64,000 nt of DNA. It comes from Octopus vulgaris (taxonomy: Eukaryota). Position 1 is the first letter of the stretch. Every line of letters begins with the position of its first letter. Positions 54,373 through 64,000 of the stretch are shown in pieces. The translations under genes were made by a program, and so were the position numbers. The notes under the pieces are model-generated. The model was given only the letters and a program-made list of their open reading frames with translations, searched no databases and had not been told where the DNA came from. The stretch lies in the NCBI GenBank assembly GCA_951406725.2, contig OX597825.1, positions 71,486,001-71,550,000 of the forward strand. Reading direction: 5' to 3'.

Positions 54373-54902
54373 AATATACTTTCTCTTTTTTTTTTTACTT
54401 CTTAAGCATTTAAACTGGCCATATCCAGCCCAAATATCCTACCTGCTTATGTTCAAACTGGTCAGATCTAGCCTTTCACACCTTATTGACAATGTTGTTC
54501 GTAAAATAAACAATCACACCATCAGAATCTCAAAGCTATGAGGTAATGTATAATTAATTTAAAACAATGTGAATAAATAAGCATTTCATTGGATAGAATA
54601 ATTTAAATTCTAAAGGGTTAAGTCATTGGATTGTGGCCATACTAGGGCACTGATTTGAAGGGTTTAGTTGAATAAATTGATCCCCAGTACTTATTTTAAA
54701 TCATTATTCTATTGCTCTCTTTTGCCGAGTGACTAAGGCTTGGTCGACAAAAGAAGTGCTAGTCTATCTTGTCTTCTCACCTTTCAGTTGTCTTCACTTT
54801 GCCATAGTCACAGAGAGACGAAAACTTCCCAGCCAAAAGAAAACAGTAGGGCAATTTTCACAGGGGTCATAGCTGATAGCTGATTCCACCCTACACTTAT
54901 TC

Positions 54903-55294
54903 TTTTCTCTTTTACTCTTTTACTTGTTTCAGTCATTTGACTGTGGCCATGCTGGAGCACCGCCTTTAATCGAGCAACTAGACCCCGGGACTTATTCTTT
55001 GTAAGCCCAGTACTTATTCTATTGGTCTCTTTTGCCGAACCGCTAAGTGATGGGGACATAAACACACCAGCATCGGTTGTCAAGCAATGCTAGGGGGACA
55101 AACACACACATATATATATACACATATATACGACGGGCTTCTTTCAGTTTCTATCTACCAAATCCACTCACAAGGCTTTGGTAGGCCCGAGGCTATAGTA
55201 GAAGACACTTGCCCAAGGTGCCATGCAGTGGAACTGAACCCGGAACAATGTGGTTGGTAAACAAGCTACTCACCACACAGCCACTCCTGCACCT
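54903..55294 (-). mobile_element. SINE family A, full length
   Basis: Reverse complement of the 53974 copy along its whole length. Confidence 0.9.
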
Positions 55295-55794
55295 TGGCAA
55301 CAAAAATCAACAATCAAATACTGAACAGTAAAAGTTTGCATAATGGTTTCATTGGTGACACACTACTGTCACATTTTTATCCCTGACTGGTTTCTTTTCT
55401 TGTCTAAATGTATTTTTGATGGGATATAATGTTCATGAAATTACCTTGAACATTTTATGCTCAATAAAGTTTGTTTGTATTTGAGTATTATTGCTTGCTT
55501 TTCTTATCTATAAATGTTTAAATCAGTACTGTCCCAGTTTCTTGTCACGAAATAATTTTTTTGTCCTGTGGTTTTAGCTATTTTTTATATTTATATTTGT
55601 TTCCTGTATGGTTGAATTTATTTTCAAATTTTTTCTTTAAAGAGCATTACTTCTTGTAGATATTTTATAAATATAAATGTGCACAAATATCGAGGTTCTC
55701 TCAAGCCTTTCCCAATAACTCCTCTTGGAACACTCAATCTTCCATCATTCTTCTGCAGTACTTTATTTCCTTCCTTCAATTCTCCATTGTAGAA

Positions 55795-56138
55795 CTGATG
55801 CCAGCGCCGCTCCAACTGGCTCCTGTGCTGGTGGCACATAAAAAGACCATCCGAACGTTGCCAGCGCTGCCTTGGCTGGCTTCCGTGCCGCTGGCATGTT
55901 AAAAGCTCCAACCGATCGTGGCCAATGCTGGACCCCACCTGGCACCTGTGCAGGTGGCACGTAAAAAGCACCCACTACACTCGCGGAGTGGTTGGCGTTA
56001 GGAAGGGCATCCAGCCGTAGAAACTCTGCCAGATCAGACTGGAGCCTGGAGCAGCCCTGGCTTCCCAGACCCCGGTCGAACCGTCCAACCCGTGCTAGCA
56101 CGGAAAACGGACGTTAAACGATGATGATGATGATGATG
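55795..56138 (+). mobile_element. Repeat family C, young copy abutting the truncated LINE ORF2
   Basis: Same motifs, CpG retained, (GAT)n tail. Confidence 0.8.
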
Positions 56139-56842
56139 TTATTGCAGGATCCAGATTTTTCTATATCATCACGACAACTCTATCTCCTGCTCCCAAACAG
56201 CTTGGGGATGTGTATACCTCATAGTAACTGAAAATAGGTTACAAATCTCAGGAGTTAGAAATTCTGGTTTCACTAATGGCCACCACGTCAACATTCAGTG
56301 CCCTGGGGGTCGTTGAGCAGGTGACCCCAGGCCACATACATTCATGCTGCCTATTCTATACATGACCATGTTGTCGGAAAAAGAAAAGAAAAGGAAAATT
56401 TACTTGGTTTTGTTTGGAGGGGCGGATTGCCCATCCCTCCTGTTGGCTTGGGGTGTTTCCAACAGAAAATCACCAAGAATTCTCCTGTTGATATTCCCTT
56501 GAAAATCCCTGATTTCTTGTTGGAATTGGGTTTTTACGTGTGTGTATGTGTCTTGTGTTGTTTGAATGATTTGTATGTGTGCCGGTAGGGAGTTTGTGGG
56601 TGCGACGAAGCCTTCTGGTGTAATGTTTGTGGGTGTTATTATGTACTTCATTAATTCATTGCTTATTCATTAATTAATTGCCTATTGCCATGTAGTCTGT
56701 AATGTTAGTCTCTTTAATTTGTGTTTGTTGCTGTTGTAGCTGTGGTGGTGGTGGTGGTAGTTGTCACTGTGATTGTTGTTGTTGTGTGTGGGACAGCTTG
56801 TGTTTCAGGTGTTAGAGTTGGTGGTGCCAATGCTGTGTTTGT

Positions 56843-56992
56843 TTTTGGACTAAAGATTGTTTGCCAACATAACATGGCAGTCCTGGATTAGGACGAAGGT
56901 TGCTGACATCGTCTCCTGGGGCTAAATTACAGTAACATTCAGCCTAAATAATGACTGCCATGTTATGTTGGCAAACAATCTTTACTCCAAAA
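56843..56992. repeat. Inverted repeat (32 bp perfect, ~40 bp with one mismatch) inside the LINE
   Basis: TAAAGATTGTTTGCCAACATAACATGGCAGTC at 56851-56882 and its reverse complement at 56953-56984. Confidence 0.8.
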
Positions 56993-58001
56993 TACTGTTG
57001 CTGAATATCTCTCATGAGATTTAAAAATAGTAATTTTCTAATATCTATTTTTGTTGGTTTGACATTTTCTTTCTAATTCTATCCATATGTTTGTTTTTCT
57101 TTTCGTTACTTTTCCATTTTTTAGTTTTCAACTTCCACTCCTCACCACGGTCTGACTCTCCACCTGTGACATCCACCTGCTCCACATTGGGAAGTGGAAA
57201 CTCAGGGGCACTGAGATGTGTTTGGGGAAACTCAGTGTTGGTATGGCTGTTGGTGTTGAGGCTGCCATAGTTGAATCTGCTGATGGTGATGGTGCTGCTG
57301 TCCCTTGGTGGTCATTGCTGGTGAAAGGAGGAGGTGAAGTTGGCCCAAGTCTCTTTTCCCTTCAGTCTAGGGCAGAAGGCTTTTAAATGATTAGTTGAAA
57401 AGCAAGTGTGGCACCTTATTTTCCTTCCATCTACTCTGACTGAAATTATGCTGCTTCCAGGAAGAAGTATCTGGTCTGGAATGAGATCCACATTCTTTTG
57501 GGTTGTTTGGATGAGGAGTTTTATGGTCATCCTGGACTAGTTCTCTTCTTTGGTCTGATAGGCTTCAAGGGTTTTTGAGTTTCCCTTGATGTCTATCATC
57601 ACTGTAGCAATTGGCCAAGGAATGGCAATTTCTGGTGGTACCTGTTGAATGATGATTTTGGCCAGTCTCCGGCTGCAGTAGAAAGGAACTAACGGTAACT
57701 CCTCACTTTTGAGGGGATTCAGAGAGTGATATTATGCTTCATCCTCGGTGGGAAATCTAACATCCACCATTCCATAGCCCCTTCCTCTCTATATATATTC
57801 CTTTAGATTCCAGGTAGAACCTAAAGCTTTTTGCATTTGGGCCTCTGTGGCTCTTTCTACCCTCCTTGATTGTAATCCAATTGTACGGCATGTCACTGTG
57901 TGGTGTATCATATCCTGAATTGTCTCTGGCAGGGTATTTAGCCTTACAGCTATTCCATCTCTCTCAACTAGCTGTCTGGCATTTTTTAAAGTTCCTCTTG
58001 T

Positions 58002-58320
58002 ATTTCTTCACTTTGACATTCAGAGCACTGGGCAGAAATGACATCGCGTCTGTGCGGCTCGGCCGGCTACGCGATGCTCTGTTTTAATTAGACAGTCGGA
58101 TACCCCCGGTCCGTACCAGTTCCAAGTCGACTGTTCGCCGCCAGCCGAATGCCTGCCGCGCATCGCGGTGCCCGACAACCGACCCCATGCAAAGAGGAGC
58201 CAGGCCGCGCACGCACTGACGCGACGACGAGCCCGAAGCCATGTCACTCCACGGCGTCCTGGGTGTGGAGCCATTTTGTTCGCGCCCACTACGCTCTGGG
58301 CGCCCCGTGTGTCTCTGAAG
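58002..58320 (-). rRNA. 28S rRNA fragment (non-functional copy): GC-rich expansion-segment part plus conserved core
   Basis: Minus strand reads GAACTGGTACGGACCGGGGGTATCCGACTGTCTAATTAAAACAGAGCATCGCG...ATTTCTGCCCAGTGCTCTGAATGTCAAAGTGAAGAAAT, matching recalled conserved eukaryotic LSU sequence. The 5' boundary is set only by GC/CpG content. Confidence 0.9.
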
Positions 58321-59045
58321 AGACAACATGGCAGCTCCAGCAAAAGAAAGTTTAGAAGAGCTATTCCAAGCCATTGCACTGGTTTGTTCCTCAGCCCCTT
58401 CATTGTTGTTGCTTTTGTTACTGCCGTTGTTGTTGTTGTTGTTGTCACCTTTGCTATTGTTGTTGTAGTAGTTGTTGTTGGCACTGCCGATGTTGTTGTT
58501 GTTGTTACTTGTTGTACTTGCATTGTCCATTGCTTCGCTCATGAAGGGGCTCTCATTGTTTACATTTTTGAAATTGCTGTTTTCATTTTGAACAATGTTG
58601 TTGAAAACAGAGCTGCTGTTTTTCTGAAGATCTTCTAAGTGACCTGTCTCGAAAAAAATTGGACCTGCTGTCTTTTTTGTTCTTTTTTTTTTTTCAACAA
58701 AAATACAGCTGTTGTCTGTTTTTTTTTAATTTTGTTTTTTAGTGCTAAGCTATTTCCCACACTCACACTCTCTCTCATTGACATTTGGTGATGCTTCTCA
58801 CTCTCTCCGCCTCTCTCACAGATGAGTGTCACCTTGTTGGCGGAGAAAACACAAACAACTATGATTGAAAAACAAAATCAATTGACCTGTCCCACAAAAC
58901 AGGAAAATATAAATGCACCACTCGACAGCAATTAACCTGTTGTCCATGATGGTACAAACCTGAAGGGCGTAAATACACATGTAATGTATTTTTCTTTATA
59001 AAACCCATGGAATGAGGTCAAGTGAGGTTTGCCAGGCTGACGGCC

Positions 59046-59077
<32 letters not shown>

Positions 59078-59079
59078 CC

Positions 59080-59167
59080 TGGCACCTTGGGCAAGTATCT
59101 TCTACTATAGCCTTGGGCCAACCAAAGCCTTGTGAGTGGATTTGGTAGACGGAAACTGAAGTCCGTC

Positions 59168-59208
<41 letters not shown>

Positions 59209-59251
59209 TATATACATGTATATATACATATATATATAAATGTATATATAC

Positions 59252-59294
<43 letters not shown>

Positions 59295-59301
59295 AACACA
59301 C

Positions 59302-59334
<33 letters not shown>

Positions 59335-59552
59335 TGTGTGTATATATGTCTGTGTGTCTGTGTTTGTCCCCTCGCTTGACAACTGACGCTGGTGTGTTTA
59401 TGTCCCAGTAACATAGTGGTTTGGCAAAAAGAGGCCAACAGAATAAGTACTAAGCTTACAAAGAATAAATGCTGGAGTTGATTTGCTCGACTAAAGGTGG
59501 TGCTCCAGCATGGCCGCAGTCAAATGACTGAAACAAGTCAAAGAATAAAAGA
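59080..59552 (+). mobile_element. SINE family A, 5'-truncated, with an expanded internal microsatellite
   Basis: Starts at GGCACCTTGGGCAAG and ends GAAACAAGTCAAAGAATAAAAG. Confidence 0.85.
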
Positions 59553-59884
59553 AAGAATATAGGCACAAGACCTGGAATTTGGTGGTGGGTGGGTGGGGTT
59601 TATAGCTGATTATATTGACCCCAGTGCTTGACTGGTTTCTTATTTCATCGACCTCAAAAGGATGAAAGCAAAGTGTCGATCCCGGCAGAAATAATAATAA
59701 TAATAATAACAACTGGAACATTGTTGGCATTCTGGAAACTGATAGCAACATTTTTAAGCTCAATCAATTTCTTCTACAGACAGTCCCTCTCTCTCTCTCT
59801 CTGTCACTCACAAACACACACCTATATGCACAAACCCACAGGCTCACATACATATACACACATACACACACTGACAGGTACATA

Positions 59885-60291
59885 AACACATACTCACTTG
59901 TACACATAGATACATACACACACACATATATACACACACATACATGCATACACAAACTCACATAGGGATATACACACAACTGACATGCACACAAACACAT
60001 ATACGCACATATATTCAAACATGTACACACACATTAACATATGTATACACACACACACATATATATACATACATATATACACACACATACATGCATACAC
60101 AAACTCACATAGGGATATACACACAACTGACATGCATACAAACACACATATATGCACATACATTCAAACATGTACACACACATTAACATACGTACACACA
60201 CATTAACATATGTACACACACACACACACACACATATATACATACATATATACACACACATATATGCATACACAAACTCACATATGGATAT

Positions 60292-60344
<53 letters not shown>

Positions 60345-60483
60345 CATATATACACACACATACATGCATACACACACTCACATATGGATATACACACAAC
60401 TGACATGCACACAAACACACATACATTCAAACATGTACACACACATTAAGATATGTACACACACACACACACACACACACACA
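59885..60483. repeat. Minisatellite of CA/TA-rich higher-order units (~130-bp period)
   Basis: Recurring CATGCATACACAAACTCACAT, GGATATACACACAACTGACATGCA and ATTCAAACATGTACACACACATTAA. Confidence 0.85.
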
Positions 60484-61180
60484 GTGAATACAATCTAAAA
60501 CCAAAAATGACAACACATTGTAATAAAAAAGAAGAACCATCTAAACAAACCTACCAAGATAAATAAAGACGGTAAGAAAATAAAAATATGTCGCTGAATC
60601 CTTAATGAAAGCAATATCGAAGGGAAATACTCAAATCAAAAGAAAGCAAACACTTCTTTTTATGCCCAAACCTAGAAATCCTCGCACACATACACACACA
60701 AGTTCCAAAAACAGCAATGCTTTTATGAACAAAACATACAGCTAACTTCCAATGGAAGCAGATAACAGCATTTCTTCTAAAAGAACAAGTGAAGTTATCT
60801 CACCACCCTACCAAAAAAAAAAAAAAAGAAAAAAAAAGTAAAAAAGAAACAACAAAATAACTAGAAATAGATATATGCAGAAGAATGTAGTGATCGAAAC
60901 CAGAAATAAAATGTCAAATAATAGGTTTGCTTGGCATATAAAAAAAAAGAAATAAAGACCCAGCCAGATAAAAATGTATAATCAAAATATCAGGCCTTGT
61001 ATAACACACACACACATATAATCAATACATGAATTATACTGCTGTGTACAACATGTTACATATTGTTCAACCAATATGACCTAATACAAATACATACATA
61101 TGGCATATGAGATTGTTGCTCAGTTGAGCAATAAAATGACACAATAAATAGAAAAGCTGTTGTAATGTCAATAATAATTC

Positions 61181-61755
61181 AAAGTGGTGAGCTGCCAGAT
61201 ACGTTAGCACGCAGGGCGAAAACTTTATGTTCTGTGTTCAAATTCCACTGAGGTCAACTTTGCCTTTCATCCTTTTGGGGTCGTTAAGTTAAGTACCAGT
61301 TGTGTACTTACTTGTACTTGTGGCGACATTCACCCTGGGCGGGTTGAGTCGGCTTCTTCCTTGGAAGAAGTCTCGTGGGAAAATGTGGATTTCACAAGCG
61401 GTCCCCAACAATCCTGCATGTAGAAGCATCCTGTTTGCCGCAGATTGTCCGCAGACGCAGGGACAGAACAACCGAGGAGCTGCCGGTTGCCGAAACAGAC
61501 ACTCCGAGGATTTTCACCAGAGCCCCGTCTGCCGGGTTGTGGCCCTAATACCACTCGGTGTCAGACCAATCCGCCTTGGGTGGCCCTACCAGGAACCAAA
61601 GTTCCTGACGGCATAGCTTTGACACTACCCGTTGCCAGCATCCCCACCACGGTGAGGAGGGGATGGACTTTGGGGTCGATCTAATCAACTGGGGTTGATC
61701 TAATCAACTGGCTCCCTCCCCCAAAATTTTGGGCCTTGTGCCTAGAGTAAAGAAT
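61181..61755 (+). mobile_element. SINE family B copy interrupted by the RTE-derived insert
   Basis: Head and Meta-like domain at 61181-61308; remainder resumes at 61670. Confidence 0.8.
61309..61669 (-). mobile_element. Short bipartite RTE-derived non-autonomous retroelement nested in a SINE
   Basis: 5' part AGCTATGCCGT...TAGGGCCACCCAAGGCGGA..GGTC resembles RTE/Bov-A 5' UTR; 3' tail (CAAGTA)2. It splits the host SINE at gtact^ggggtcgat and is CpG-rich. Confidence 0.75.
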
Positions 61756-62421
61756 ATCAATTGCTCCTTCTAAGGACATGGAGCAAATGAATTGCATAAA
61801 CCTCAGAGCTCAACTGGTACTTAATTTTATCGACCCCCAAAAAGATGAAAGACAAAGTCGGTCTCAGTGGAATTTGAACTCAGAATGTAAGGAACAAGAA
61901 GAAAGGCTGTTAAGCTTGTTGTCTGGCATGCTAACAATTCTAAAAGAAATTATTTCTGACATATATAGATTTTCCATGAAATTATCTTGGGGAATTATGT
62001 AGCTAATGTTTCAAACAAAATCCTTCATTCGACCAAAAATGACAAGAGAGAAATAAAAGAAAGGCAATACAATTTTACATCCTCTATATGTAAGACACTG
62101 GCTGCATACACACACACATGTATATATTATTTGTAAAGAAATATATGAAGCGTGTGATATCTATTTTTGCAAAGAATGTCAAAAACATGTAGTATCATGA
62201 AACTATGGATGCGATTATTATCTAACTATTGTGATAGCCACACATGAATGTTGTTTCATCACCATATTGCTTGTGTTGACATAACTATTGGATGTTGTTA
62301 TACACTGCTGTTCACAATGCACTTCCAGTTCTTTCTCATTTGCATCCTTGTCTAAAACTGCAAAAACATCTGCTGTTGGTAGGACATCAATCCAAGACAA
62401 ATTCATGAGCATCACTTTACC

Positions 62422-62815
62422 CATCATCATCATCATCAATGTCCGCTTTCAATGCTAGCATGGGTTGGACGGTTTAACTGAGGTCTGGGAAGCTGGAAGG
62501 CTGTACCAGGCCAGTCAGATCTGGCGGTGTTTCTACAGCTGGATGCCCTTCCTAACGCCAACCACTCCATGAGTGTAGTGGGTACTTTTATGTGCCACCA
62601 GCATAAGGGCCAGTCAGCCAGTACTGGCAACGGCCATGCCCAAATGGTGTTTTCTTTTATGTGCCACCTGCACACTGGCACAAGTGCCAGTAAGGCAATG
62701 CTGGTGACGATCACGCTTGAATGGTGCCAGTTAGCCGCTCTGGCAATGATCATGCTCGGGTGGTGCTCTTAGTGCTCCACTAGTACGGATGCCAGTCATC
62801 GAATTTGATTTCGAT
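62422..62815 (-). mobile_element. Repeat family C
   Basis: Reverse complement of the family C copies, with (CAT)n at the left end. Confidence 0.8.
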
Positions 62816-63349
62816 TTCTGTGAATGCATAAAAGTGGGATGCTGTGTGGAAAACTTTGATGTAATAGGCACATATTCCTTTGATGACGGTGGACAAACAA
62901 TAACACTGCATGTACTCGTGTGGTACAGTGTCCTTCTAGAATTGAACAGACTTCACAATTGATACATGACATGTATTGATTGTTTCAATAAGTCAGAGTA
63001 AAAACTTCCATGGATGTTATTGAAGAAATGAGCAACCTTTGGTTTTTAGTACACACATCTGTGAGACTGATAATGATACCAAAACAATTTGGGAAAATAC
63101 AAAAATACATTTTAGTATTCCAAGTTAAGTTAAATAAATATGTAAATGCTTAAATGTCATTATTAAAGATTTCTCTTTTTAGTTGTTGAACAGCATAATT
63201 TTTTTGAAGCTGTTATGACATGTTGTAAAAAAGGAAACACTTCTTATCACAAAAAAACTATGCTTACAAAAATTGCCGACTGAAAACAAATATAAATATA
63301 TTTGAAAGTAGTGCAAATTGAAAACTCATTTCAATATATTATAATAATA

Positions 63350-63722
63350 ATTATTATTATTGTTGTTTTTGTTGCCTTTGCACAGCTTCTAACGCTGGAG
63401 ATGTACTACAGTGTCTGCTGTTCACTACCATTAAACTAAGGTAACACCTCTTATTTTTCAAGCACCTTCTGGAGTATTCAAGCAGTTCTAAGCAGTGCTG
63501 TTTTCTTCAAGTGCTCCACCCTTATTGCAGCCCCTATTTGTTCCACGTACTTCTCGAGATTTTTGCTCACTGTCCCCAGGGCTCTGACTGCTACCTTTTT
63601 TCATCGACCACAACTGCTTAACTTCCCAAGCTAACCTGTCATATCTCTTGACTTTTCTTTCTTCCTTATCGCATATCTTGTTGCTATGTCTATGATCTAG
63701 CATAGTTTGTTTTCTTTCTCAA
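63350..63722 (-). mobile_element. R4/Dong-clade retrotransposon 3' fragment inside (TAA)n
   Basis: KEERKVKRYDRLAWEVKQLWSMKK / ALGTVSKNLEKYVEQIG...LKKTALL; flanked by ATT/TAA repeats on both sides. Confidence 0.8.
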
Positions 63723-64000
63723 TTATTATTATTATTATGATCATTAAGTATTGGCAAGAAGCAATGATAAGAAATTAATTTAACTCATGTAGAAGGGAAA
63801 AATACGTCACAAATATATTTGAGCTAAGTTAAAATTTATAAAGATTATTGATTTTTTTATGATGCTCATGTTAAATGATGATGATGAAGATGATTGTAGT
63901 AACTTCAAAAAATTACATTGTTCAGACATTAACAAGAGAAATCTGAAATAATTCTTTCTACTCTAGGCACAAGGACTGAAAATTTGGTGGAGGAGGCTGG

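Larger units (their letters stand above)
56139..58840 (-). mobile_element. Decayed L1/Tx1-type non-LTR retrotransposon: 5' UTR, ORF1 and the start of ORF2, 3' part missing
   Basis: ORF1 N-terminus MSEAMDN...KLSFAGAA (58542 down); RRM-like remnant with stops (GYGMVDVRFPTEDEA, AKIIIQQVPPEI); CCHC knuckle CHTCFSTNHLKAFC near 57400; AP-endonuclease start MYRIGSMNVCGL...DVVAISET near 56360-56270. Confidence 0.85.

Noticed and set aside
57990-58330. Functional rDNA unit or R2 element at its target
   Set aside because: Only ~320 nt of 28S is present, it stops before the R2 site, and the flanks encode a CCHC ORF1 and AP endonuclease, not an R2 protein.
58020-58638. 150-167 aa ORFs on both strands
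   Set aside because: Chimeric read-through from the LINE ORF1 (AAC)n region into GC-rich rRNA sequence, which lacks stops by composition.
62218-62439. 73-aa ORF (VLDKDANEKELEVHC...)
   Set aside because: Starts in the (CAT)n tail of a repeat, has a short pyrimidine tract, no convincing donor and no recognisable domain.

Overview
AT-rich animal genomic DNA, very probably an Octopus (coleoid cephalopod), judged from recalled tRNA-head SINE families and (TA)/(TG)/(AAT) microsatellites. Almost all of the window is intron of one minus-strand gene whose 5' part lies beyond 64000. I can read a phase-consistent chain of GT-AG exons (39116-39143, 33290-33598, 29668-29758, 25197-25363, 9270-9572/9591). 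It encodes a low-complexity Gly/Ala- then N/Q/H/P-rich C-terminal tail of a protein I cannot identify. Many extra acceptor-like sites may be alternative last exons. The introns hold three main SINE families, Helitrons, an internally deleted mariner, piggyBac-type MITEs, R4/Dong, CR1 and RTE remnants, Penelope-like foldback inserts in (TA)n, and a decayed L1/Tx1-type LINE with a CpG-rich 28S rRNA fragment inside its ORF1. Most ORFs in the supplied track are artefacts of microsatellites and SINEs. All calls were made by eye, repeat boundaries are approximate, and no database search was run.
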